DNA of 64,000 nucleotides, from sequence record PP456877.1; one strand, written 5' to 3'. Both the position numbers and the translations under genes were made by a program. How positions within the stretch are numbered: the stretch's first letter is position 1; each line of letters begins with the position of its first letter. The notes beneath the pieces are model-generated. The model searched no databases and was not told where the DNA came from. It was given only the letters and a program-made list of their open reading frames with translations. Positions 9,182 through 19,821 of this stretch are shown in pieces.

Positions 9182-10369
9182 TTAAATACCTTCATTCTCA
9201 TAATGAGTAATGCAGTGACTAACAAATGTTAACCAGACTTTAAGAGTTACTGCTAACCAATGGGTGTAGTTACCAACAGGTTCTGCTAATTTTCGGGATA
9301 TCTCAGCGAGCATATTAATTGCCTCGCCATTTGCCCTTCCCAATAACTCACTACGTTCAGCTAGCTGTCGAATTGAATCATCTACAACTACCTTAACTGT
9401 TTTATATTCTACTTCGCCTTGTTTAGCACGTTCAGCGATCGTTAAAATATTAGCAATACCAGTTACAATATCACTTAGCGTAGTTACAGAAGGTACTTCT
9501 ATATCTCGTTCAGTGCTATCAATTGCATTGATTTGTAACTCTGTAAATTCCATTGTAAATGTATTGCGAACCATTTCTAGTGCAGATTGTTTATTAGTAA
9601 CTGATGTAGCTATATGGTCAGCATCAGTATAAACAAATGCACGATTAGCTGGTAAAATATAACTTCTATGGGTACCAGTAGAAGTAGTCTCACCTTTCTT
9701 TAATGGCTCATCCCCTGGCGGCGCTTTAAAATCACGACGCACTATATCGGCAAAAGATTGTAATAACTCATCAATGATTTCTGTAGTGGTATCTTCGCCT
9801 TGATTATCTAAGATATTCAATGCTTGTCTACTAATATTTCGAGCAATATTAGAAGTCATTTTAGGATAAGTCATTAAAATATAATTAGTGACTTCTTTGA
9901 TATCTAAAAGATTATCTGGTCGATCACCAATGAATTCACCGTTAATAGATAATCGCTGTAAACCAGAAACAGTCAATCGAGTATTAGTCGTACGATTACC
10001 TAGTTTTGCAAGTCGCCTAGATAATTTTTGCTGTGTTTTACGCACATGTGAAATACTGCCAGTAAACTTGACGTAGAATGCCGTGAGTGTTTCGATTACC
10101 ATCCGCACAATATCTCGTGCAGCCTTAGCAGCTCGAACTAATGCATCTTTTAAAGCACGTAGTGTAATTATACCGCCTTCTTTTATGGAGAAGGCGGGAT
10201 CGATACTTTCTAAAGCAAATGACATCGCTTTAGACAGGTCTTCAGATGCTACGTCACGTCCATCTAGCAGATCTTGATAACGAGCTAATCGATGGCGATA
10301 TGCTTCAACAGAAACAATAGCCTCTTTGAGTTCATTATTGGTAATTAATAGTTCTGCATATGTGGACAT
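9182..10369 (-). CDS. Internal head protein (gp163-like)
   Basis: 395 aa; A-L-E prohead-protease-type site (FALE); N-terminal region similar to the neighbouring gene. Confidence 0.65.
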   Translation of the reverse strand: MSTYAELLITNNELKEAIVSVEAYRHRLARYQDLLDGRDVASEDLSKAMSFALESIDPAFSIKEGGIITLRALKDALVRAAKAARDIVRMVIETLTAFYVKFTGSISHVRKTQQKLSRRLAKLGNRTTNTRLTVSGLQRLSINGEFIGDRPDNLLDIKEVTNYILMTYPKMTSNIARNISRQALNILDNQGEDTTTEIIDELLQSFADIVRRDFKAPPGDEPLKKGETTSTGTHRSYILPANRAFVYTDADHIATSVTNKQSALEMVRNTFTMEFTELQINAIDSTERDIEVPSVTTLSDIVTGIANILTIAERAKQGEVEYKTVKVVVDDSIRQLAERSELLGRANGEAINMLAEISRKLAEPVGNYTHWLAVTLKVWLTFVSHCITHYENEGI

Positions 10370-10378
10370 TATGTTTAC

Positions 10379-11947
10379 CTATTCAGTTTCCTTGATTTCA
10401 CTATCAACTAGTTTCTCAAGTACGGTGATCCAGATCATCACACATTTAAACAGATCATTACTAGCTTCAGTGGTGCCAGTTAGATAAGCCTTACCAACAT
10501 TGGTTGCTTCTTTATCAGTCATCTGTGCAATGATTTCAGCAGTTGACTCTTTAGAGATACCGCGAATATTATTTAGATGATTTAGGAGGTTATGAACTGC
10601 TTTTAGCTGAGCCATAACAACATTCTTATCAACTAATAGTTCAACAGTAATTCCATAGTTGGGTTTACCCGGTGCATCAAGAATGGAGAAGTCTACCGCA
10701 GCTTTGTCTTTACCAAAGGTATAAACACGATTACCGGGCACAACCGGGCTAGCATATCGGACACCATTAGCATTAATTTTGGTAGCTGTTCCAAACATAC
10801 CTTTAGCTAAAGCCAGTGCTTTATCATCAGTTGTTTTTCCAGCTAAGGCTGCTTTAAGAGCACGCAGTCCATTCTTTTCAATGCTGTCAAATAGATTACG
10901 GATTACAGTAACCCCCTGAACAGGGTCTACACCAACCCAACTCTCACCAGTGTCACCTAGAATCAGATCGCGTGGAATTGCGATAGTACGAACTTCATCG
11001 GGTAGTTCATTCTCTTTAACGCGTTTCATGATCTTATTAACGCGTTCTATTTGATTACTGACATTCTGGCGAATACGTTGATAAGTTTCTACAACAATGC
11101 GAATTAGCTTCTTAATGAAATCTAATGCAACAGTAGATACTTCTTTTGCTTTAGCTTGTAGATTATCTAATACTTCAATAGAAGCTTTAGGCCGAGTTAG
11201 CGGTGATATAAAGGATTCCATTGATGGCACAGTGTTATTAAAATATTTATAGTCAAATGACTCTAGCGCGATGCTAATAGCTTTAGCTAGATCATGATCG
11301 ACATCATGCCCGCGATGATGGCGGTTACTAACTAAACCAATATAGTTTTCTAATGCAGTTTGAACAGATTCTACTTTAGTCAGTTCATTTACAATTGTAA
11401 ACATTTCAACTGATAATGATTCTAGATGATCATCTAGTTCACCAGTGATGATATCTTCAGTAGTTTCCAGTAGTGCGGTGGCATCATAGCCATGGTCTAG
11501 CTGCTCAGTCTCATTGGCTTCCATAATAGAAATGTCTTCATTCGATGGGACATCTGCAATTTGGTGTGGTTTTTTGGTACTAACATTAAGATCTTTAGTA
11601 TCACTTACTTTAGTGATCATTTCATCAGCTGTTTCAGTGATTTCGTTTTCAACACGATCACCTTTAGCTACTTGGAATTCTTTTAGCCCTTGACTAACAT
11701 GAATCTTCTTATCATTGATCTTATCAGCAGTTCCATCAACATCTGGACCTTTGCATACGTCAATTGGGGTATTGGTAACGACATTGGTAACTTCATCACA
11801 TGGATTTACTTTACCATCTTCATCATCTTTTAATTGTTCTGGTAATTCTTTACCAACATCAAGATTGACATTCTTATCTTCAGCATCAGAAACGCGCTCA
11901 AGACTTGCAAAGAAATCCATTGCGGGAACTGTTTTTTTCTTAGCCAT
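10379..11947 (-). CDS. Head protein with acidic propeptide (gp162-like)
   Basis: 522 aa; acidic N-terminal ~200 aa with SLE, ALE and SME sites. Confidence 0.7.
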   Translation of the reverse strand: MAKKKTVPAMDFFASLERVSDAEDKNVNLDVGKELPEQLKDDEDGKVNPCDEVTNVVTNTPIDVCKGPDVDGTADKINDKKIHVSQGLKEFQVAKGDRVENEITETADEMITKVSDTKDLNVSTKKPHQIADVPSNEDISIMEANETEQLDHGYDATALLETTEDIITGELDDHLESLSVEMFTIVNELTKVESVQTALENYIGLVSNRHHRGHDVDHDLAKAISIALESFDYKYFNNTVPSMESFISPLTRPKASIEVLDNLQAKAKEVSTVALDFIKKLIRIVVETYQRIRQNVSNQIERVNKIMKRVKENELPDEVRTIAIPRDLILGDTGESWVGVDPVQGVTVIRNLFDSIEKNGLRALKAALAGKTTDDKALALAKGMFGTATKINANGVRYASPVVPGNRVYTFGKDKAAVDFSILDAPGKPNYGITVELLVDKNVVMAQLKAVHNLLNHLNNIRGISKESTAEIIAQMTDKEATNVGKAYLTGTTEASNDLFKCVMIWITVLEKLVDSEIKETE

Positions 11948-11982
11948 TTTAAAACTCCGGAGTATTAAAGTTCATAAGGTTG

Positions 11983-12642
<660 letters not shown>

Positions 12643-12683
12643 TCATTCAATTGAGCACTATAGTTACTTTAAGACGAAATAAT

Positions 12684-12711
12684 AGCGGATCCACTTTAAA
12701 GCAGATCCGCT
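12684..12711 (-). terminator. Hairpin terminator
   Basis: AGCGGATC...GATCCGCT inverted repeat between co-directional genes. Confidence 0.55.
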
Positions 12712-12716
12712 TTAAA

Positions 12717-13190
12717 TTAAAATGCTTGACCAGGACAAACCCAAATATAATCACCAGTTGTTTGGCCATTAGGTCTGACTAATATAAATCGTTGTCCAAC
12801 CGTACCGCGCACAGAAGCATCTTCAAATGGAAAACCTCTAGGTATAACTAATTTACCATCTTTGTCTTGTGCCCAAAAACTTAATGAGTCCCTAGTCTCT
12901 TTGCCATTAATAGGATCTTTTTCATAGAAACTCAATACGAAAGTAAATCCATTTGGCAATGATGTATTATATTTAATAACAGTGCCAATAAATGTAGGTG
13001 TTGTTGGTGATGATACATATCCATCTTCTTCTTTAAAGATAATGTTAGTATCAAAATAATCTTTAACATCTAACAGATTATAAATAACATCATCTCCATA
13101 AAGAGGGTGTTTCATTTTTAATGGATATTTATTTATTGTTGTGTAAAATGCACCAGGAATGAAATTATCACATTTTGATGTATCTGCCAT
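12717..13190 (-). CDS. Hypothetical protein (gp160-like)
   Basis: 157 aa; AGGAG RBS. Confidence 0.75.
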   Translation of the reverse strand: MADTSKCDNFIPGAFYTTINKYPLKMKHPLYGDDVIYNLLDVKDYFDTNIIFKEEDGYVSSPTTPTFIGTVIKYNTSLPNGFTFVLSFYEKDPINGKETRDSLSFWAQDKDGKLVIPRGFPFEDASVRGTVGQRFILVRPNGQTTGDYIWVCPGQAF

Positions 13191-13193
13191 GAT

Positions 13194-13598
13194 TTACTCC
13201 TGTACATCCGTCATTACACGTCCTTCGATAGACCAGTATAATTCATTTTCTAATGAATCATAAACCGTTCTATATTCACATGCCTCACCTTTGTTTAATT
13301 GACAGTCAACTTTGAATACACGGTTACCAACTAAACGATTACCATAAGCACGAATCACCAATAATCCATTTGTCTTATTAGCAATAGTAAATACATATTT
13401 ACCTTTTTTAGTATCATAGGCAGTAGCTGGTAAATTTACTATAAATGGACTATCTGAATTATCATTATCAGTATAATTAGGATCTTCAACGATAATGTGC
13501 GCATTAAGATAAGTTGAGTCAATATCAAACTTACGTCCAGTTGCTTTAGACGTGTCAATTACTTTCATAGGTGGGTAGATATAACAGAATTCGCTCAT
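13194..13598 (-). CDS. Hypothetical protein related to the C-domain of the upstream gene (gp159-like)
   Basis: ATGA overlap at 13595-13598 sets the start at MSEF; motif VNLP...G...FTIANKT. Confidence 0.7.
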   Translation of the reverse strand: MSEFCYIYPPMKVIDTSKATGRKFDIDSTYLNAHIIVEDPNYTDNDNSDSPFIVNLPATAYDTKKGKYVFTIANKTNGLLVIRAYGNRLVGNRVFKVDCQLNKGEACEYRTVYDSLENELYWSIEGRVMTDVQE

Positions 13599-14545
13599 GA
13601 TTGCATCCACCATGACAGACCAAGTGTATACATCGCTTTAGTTGTTTCATTATAACAGATAAATCGAGTATAGCCATTATTAGGTAAGAAACCAGTACTT
13701 GTATACATTGGCCTAATGATACTCTGTTGATAAGCAGTAGCTATATCAACATCTTCATTAGTTAAATTCAGTATTCGATATTCAGCACCAGCCTTAAGTT
13801 TCTCGCTATTGCCAGAAGGTAGTATAACACCTTTAGGTGACTCTGCTATTTGAGCATCATCTGGTTTAGGCATTAGTACCAATAGCCTACCTATAGCTTG
13901 ATCATAAGGCGGACAAATCCAATTACCAAATTTACCTGTTTCATTATCAACTGTAATTGTAAATGGTACAAGCAATTGCGGGAATATCTGATAGCCATCT
14001 GTTGGTTCTGGATCAGGATCTGGATCTGGGTCCGGCGGATCAGGGTCAACATCACCACCTGAATGTAACCATAGATTTAACCATCCTCTCCACCATAGTG
14101 ATGAATCAATAGCTTTAAATAAAAAGTTTGGTTGTTTCTTACCACCGGTATACGTTATATTAGATATTTCTAACCATATGTCACTAGCAGTAAAATTTAA
14201 TTTAGCTTTATTAGCAACATACGCAACTAAAGCTTCGCTATTTTTTAATCCTTGAACAACCGTTACTTCCGATGCTGTCCAATATGGATTTTTAATATAA
14301 TCATTAACATTAAAACGATTATAAAGAAAGTCGTAATAAACAGCACTATTAGTTGCATCTTTTTGAATACGAACAAATGCCCTATTAGGCTCATCGATAG
14401 TTGCACTATCCATTACCATTACGATAATGGACTTATCTTCAGATAAACCTAAATCCGGATATGCTGTTGTAACTGCTTTGAAGAAACCTATTCGTGGATC
14501 TTGTCCACGCGGGTTATCCGCCAGATTAAGAGTGAATCTACGCAT
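13595..14545 (-). CDS. Two-domain virion protein with Pro-Asp linker (gp158-like)
   Basis: 316 aa; LYNRFNV motif; linker DVDPDPPDPDPDPEP. Confidence 0.75.
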   Translation of the reverse strand: MRRFTLNLADNPRGQDPRIGFFKAVTTAYPDLGLSEDKSIIVMVMDSATIDEPNRAFVRIQKDATNSAVYYDFLYNRFNVNDYIKNPYWTASEVTVVQGLKNSEALVAYVANKAKLNFTASDIWLEISNITYTGGKKQPNFLFKAIDSSLWWRGWLNLWLHSGGDVDPDPPDPDPDPDPEPTDGYQIFPQLLVPFTITVDNETGKFGNWICPPYDQAIGRLLVLMPKPDDAQIAESPKGVILPSGNSEKLKAGAEYRILNLTNEDVDIATAYQQSIIRPMYTSTGFLPNNGYTRFICYNETTKAMYTLGLSWWMQS

Positions 14546-14569
14546 TGCGCCACCTTTAGATTAATATAA

Positions 14570-14598
14570 GAGAGGGCCTTTGCCCTCTCTCATTTATG
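14570..14598 (-). terminator. Hairpin terminator
   Basis: GAGAGGGC-cttt-GCCCTCTC. Confidence 0.65.
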
Positions 14599-14600
14599 CA

Positions 14601-15941
<1,341 letters not shown>

Positions 15942-16116
15942 TTAATCCTCATAATTAGAGCGCGATGGGTTTCCATCTATAAAATCAGTCTGTTCTAGTT
16001 GTGTTAAAATAAAAAGTCTGGTATTATGAGCTTTACGTAATACCCTTGTAACAGTCTATTGATAGAAATGCCAATACTGGCTTTTATGGGTAGGCATAGT
16101 ACTAACAGAGGTCATC

Positions 16117-16407
16117 ATGCTCGGTTTGACTATTAAAGCCTTGCTCTTCGTTTGGCCATTCCTTAAGAGGGCTATCTTTGGTGATAGAACTATTAAGGAA
16201 GTGTTGCTGGAAAACAAACACGTCACGGCGATGTTGATCCTAGTCGTAATATTACTAGGTACCTTATTCATAGTGACTAGTGAGTTGAAGTCAGTTAAAG
16301 CAAGCAACTGGGCCGTTAAAGCCGAAATGGATCGACTCAAGAAAATGACGCCTGAGAAGGCTGAAATGCTTGAGCGCCGCCGTCGTTTAAATGACTTGCT
16401 AAAGTAA
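16117..16407 (+). CDS. Membrane protein with coiled-coil tail (i-spanin-like)
   Basis: AGAGG RBS; TM segment VTAMLILVVILLGTLFIV followed by a heptad-rich charged tail. Confidence 0.75.
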   Translation: MLGLTIKALLFVWPFLKRAIFGDRTIKEVLLENKHVTAMLILVVILLGTLFIVTSELKSVKASNWAVKAEMDRLKKMTPEKAEMLERRRRLNDLLK

Positions 16408-16427
16408 GTACCAAATTGGTGGATCAC

Positions 16428-16829
16428 ATGTCAAGAAAGTTCTTTCTAATACTCCTACCACTTATAAGTGGCTGTGTTTATACGCCACATGAGTACCACA
16501 CGCACAACACGACTGTGGTCCAATATGAACACTCCTCTTCTACAGATGATCATACATCTGTTGTTACAACTAAAGAAGAGGTAATACAAAAAGTTCTGCC
16601 TACACCTAAAAAATATAGTAAGGATACTAGTAAGAAGTGTATGGTTTTCGAACTACCAAGAAAGAAACCGGTACCGCCAACACCGATTATTACAGAGTTT
16701 ATAGAAACTCCGGAACAAATCGATATCTTGTTGACTGACTATATAAAAGAATTAAAGTCACATATTGTATCTGAGCGCGCTAAAATTGAGCAAGCATATG
16801 AAGAATGGCGTGCAAAGTGTGATGAGTAA
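16428..16829 (+). CDS. Lipoprotein (o-spanin-like)
   Basis: Start MSRKFFLILLPLISG-C with canonical lipobox ISGC; Pro-rich middle; two further Cys. Confidence 0.75.
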   Translation: MSRKFFLILLPLISGCVYTPHEYHTHNTTVVQYEHSSSTDDHTSVVTTKEEVIQKVLPTPKKYSKDTSKKCMVFELPRKKPVPPTPIITEFIETPEQIDILLTDYIKELKSHIVSERAKIEQAYEEWRAKCDE

Positions 16830-16884
16830 TTTACTTGCTAGAATTATTATCTAGTTTAGTAATCGATCACATGAGGAAACAATA

Positions 16885-18333
16885 ATGTCAGACGGTATGG
16901 TTTTATACACTGACGGATCATTCCGACAGGGTAAAGCTGGTTGGGGCATTCATGGTTATACCTATGAAAATGTTGCAATGAAATCTAAAGCAGCCACCAA
17001 ACAGCAACCAACAGCTAAGGGATACTTAGATGTAGGTGCAGATGAGACATGCACTGTTTTAAATTATATTGATGCATTTGGTAGTGTAACTAATAACCCT
17101 ACTAATAATACAGGTGAGCTAACCGCTGCAATTGAGGCTTTCAAAATAGCCCATGAAGCAGATGCACCTAGACTAACGATGCTCATGGATAGTGAATACG
17201 TTAGAAAAGGTATGACCGCATATTTACCCAAATGGATTAAGTCCAATTGGATTAAATCAGACGGTACACCGGTAGCAAACCAGGACCTATGGAAACAGAT
17301 GGTCGAACTAAAAGCTAAATGGGAAGAAACTAATAAACCATTAAGCATCCAATGGGTCCGCGGTCATAACGGAGACATTGGTAATGAAAAAGCTGATGCT
17401 AATGCTAAGCTTGGTTCGGGACAGAATAATGATAAGCCAGTGATGGTTTCGGTTAAAGGCGAAGAAATTAACAAACTTAAAAAACAAGTTGTTAATCCAC
17501 TTATCCTCGAAAGTAGGTTACTCTTCGCCATTAACTCTGGAGAAGAACCAGATGGGTTCTATTACACCTATAACTTAGGTCGTATGCATAACTATGGTCA
17601 TAAACCAAAAGACACTGCTAAAGATAAATTAGCTAAAGCTGATTTAATTTTAGGGCGTCGTATCTCTGAAGCAACCTTCAGTGTATATAAGGCAAATGAG
17701 CCAGATGAGTATCTCCAGTTACTAATTAATATGCATACAGAAGCACTGGGTACTGAAAATCCAGAACTGGGTATCATCAATTTGGCAAACGCATATCGTG
17801 CAACCATTCGACAGAAAATTGAATCCATGGGGCTACCTGCTCTAGTCGTATGGAAAGATATCAATGTTTTGTCGACGCCAACAGATGAACTCATTAGTCG
17901 GACTCTTAATCCACCACGTATGGCAAATGATGCTGTAGCTACATTTAATGTTATGCGCAGTCGTCTTGAAGATTACTTGGCTGGTAAACTTGGAGAGTCG
18001 GTTGGTATTATTGATATTACCGAGCACTTCTTCGAGGAAGTCGCAAAGGGTAAGAAAGTTGGCTATCAACTACTTAAGACGATTACATCTAATACAGGCT
18101 TTGTAGAAGTTCCGATCACATTTAAAGATCGTAAGATAAAATTAAAGCTTGTATTAAATATCGATATTCCAAGTAGAAACCAATTAGCTCGTATTGGAGC
18201 TAATAAAGTTAAAATGGAAATTCTTGTAGTAGCTGAAGGCCCATATTCTTATTCATATTCAATTGTGTTCGTGACGGATGATGGTTCAGCTATCTATCAA
18301 TCACCCTATACACAATTTATTCTCCCAAAATAG
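16885..18333 (+). CDS. rnhA: RNase HI with long C-terminal extension (gp155-like)
   Basis: YTDGS, TNNTGELTAAI, MDSEYV and WVRGHNGDIGNEKAD are RNase HI motifs. Confidence 0.92.
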   Translation: MSDGMVLYTDGSFRQGKAGWGIHGYTYENVAMKSKAATKQQPTAKGYLDVGADETCTVLNYIDAFGSVTNNPTNNTGELTAAIEAFKIAHEADAPRLTMLMDSEYVRKGMTAYLPKWIKSNWIKSDGTPVANQDLWKQMVELKAKWEETNKPLSIQWVRGHNGDIGNEKADANAKLGSGQNNDKPVMVSVKGEEINKLKKQVVNPLILESRLLFAINSGEEPDGFYYTYNLGRMHNYGHKPKDTAKDKLAKADLILGRRISEATFSVYKANEPDEYLQLLINMHTEALGTENPELGIINLANAYRATIRQKIESMGLPALVVWKDINVLSTPTDELISRTLNPPRMANDAVATFNVMRSRLEDYLAGKLGESVGIIDITEHFFEEVAKGKKVGYQLLKTITSNTGFVEVPITFKDRKIKLKLVLNIDIPSRNQLARIGANKVKMEILVVAEGPYSYSYSIVFVTDDGSAIYQSPYTQFILPK

Positions 18334-18343
18334 TGGGTATTCC

Positions 18344-18763
18344 ATGAACCTTATTAGCAGATTCAAAAAGTCGGTTAAGAATGGTTTCAGGGCAATTTGG
18401 ATTAAGCTCTGGGACTATGCTGATCCCGAACTAAAGCGGATGTGCGTCATGGCGTCACTGTACTCCGTTATAGTACAGTGTAAGACAAATGAGTGTGAAA
18501 AGATCTCTCATTTGAATTCTAACATGAAACTAGTACGCGATGAAGCTGCCTTACGACTCCCAATTCATTATGGGCCGTACGTATGGAAAGGCGTGATAGC
18601 AATCGATAAGATTGATAAAGCAGATCTAACCACTGATCAATTTTTCATGAGGCTTATTCGTAAGACTCCGTGTTGGATGAAATATGCTGATGATGCAACT
18701 TTTTTAAAGGATTTGAAAACTCTCTTTAAATTAAGTTTACATGAGAAGTGTATTCCAAATTGA
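18344..18763 (+). CDS. Hypothetical protein (gp154-like)
   Basis: Likely start MNLISRF at 18344, just after the RNase H stop. Confidence 0.7.
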   Translation: MNLISRFKKSVKNGFRAIWIKLWDYADPELKRMCVMASLYSVIVQCKTNECEKISHLNSNMKLVRDEAALRLPIHYGPYVWKGVIAIDKIDKADLTTDQFFMRLIRKTPCWMKYADDATFLKDLKTLFKLSLHEKCIPN

Positions 18764-18772
18764 TTGGTACGA

Positions 18773-18806
18773 CATAATGCCCTCTCCTTTTGGGAGAGGG
18801 CTTATG
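18773..18806. terminator. Bidirectional hairpin terminator
   Basis: CATAat-GCCCTCTCC-ttttg-GGAGAGGGC-TTATG. Confidence 0.8.
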
Positions 18807-18809
18807 CTG

Positions 18810-19724
18810 TTATCCAATGATTTCACGAAGAATATCTTCAGTGGCTTTCATTGTGTTCGCAGTCTCAACAATCTTAGTAAAGAGTGTTGAATAACGTTCA
18901 ACATGGTCTGCTGCCCATGTAACCCCTTCAATTAATGTCTGTAATAGCTCTGGAGAGGTGTCAGAGTTACTATCCTTAACATCCTCCATAAAGCTATCAA
19001 TTAATTGACTAAGCGCTTCTGAAGCACGTTTTACATCATTTGGACGAACCCGTGATAAAATGCTACGAATATCGTTCATTTTCTTTGTTGCGTCAACAAA
19101 TGAATTTAATGATGGGTAAAGCTTACCAAACTCAGCTGTACTTGACCGGTTGTCACTGTCATAGAAAGAAGCATCTTTAGCAAGATCATTGATCGATGCC
19201 ATTGCAAATGAATTAGCAAAGCCACGCTTATCCATTCGATCAGCACGCTGTTGTAGATAATATCCAAGTTGTGCTTTAACCGGGTCTAATACCGCTGGAA
19301 TAATAGTGGCCATTTCCTTAGCTTCTGTTAATAGATAATCAACATAGTCTGGAATCTCACCATTAAAACCAACTGGTTGTGGCACGATTGTATTTGCTAC
19401 TTCTAAATAATCAATGTGTGAAACTAAATGGCGCATCTGCGCTGGATGGAACTCAGGAATAATTTGATTACTCCAGTTAGTCATCGACGTAAATGCATTA
19501 CGAGCAGCGATAGCAAAATTAGCACCGCGTTTATTGATAATGTTAATAGCGTTTGTTGCGAAATTAGCTTCTTGAGAAATAGTCTCAGTAATATCTACAA
19601 GCTGTTGTTTTGGATCAACTTGTACTAAACTAATATCATCATTAACAATATTGTCAGATTCAATTAGATCCTGACAATCATTTTCTAGTGAAATACTTTT
19701 AGCGTATTTATGGATGTTAAACAT
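18810..19724 (-). CDS. Head protein (gp153-like)
   Basis: 304 aa; early S-L-E protease-type site (SISLEND). Confidence 0.65.
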   Translation of the reverse strand: MFNIHKYAKSISLENDCQDLIESDNIVNDDISLVQVDPKQQLVDITETISQEANFATNAINIINKRGANFAIAARNAFTSMTNWSNQIIPEFHPAQMRHLVSHIDYLEVANTIVPQPVGFNGEIPDYVDYLLTEAKEMATIIPAVLDPVKAQLGYYLQQRADRMDKRGFANSFAMASINDLAKDASFYDSDNRSSTAEFGKLYPSLNSFVDATKKMNDIRSILSRVRPNDVKRASEALSQLIDSFMEDVKDSNSDTSPELLQTLIEGVTWAADHVERYSTLFTKIVETANTMKATEDILREIIG

Positions 19725-19755
19725 GTCTTAATTTCCTTGCGCAAGGATTGTTGAA

Positions 19756-19767
19756 TATGTAGACATA
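19756..19767. promoter_or_regulatory. Two face-to-face late-type TATG motifs
   Basis: TATG-TAGA-CATA in the short divergent intergenic region. Confidence 0.45.
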
Positions 19768-19821
19768 AAATTACTCTCCAAATCAATTAATTGACTGTTT
19801 AACTTAAAAAATGGAGTCAAC

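Noticed and set aside
16056-16427. 123-aa minus-strand ORF
   Set aside because: It is antisense to the TM gene, which has a clear RBS, and shows no supporting signals.
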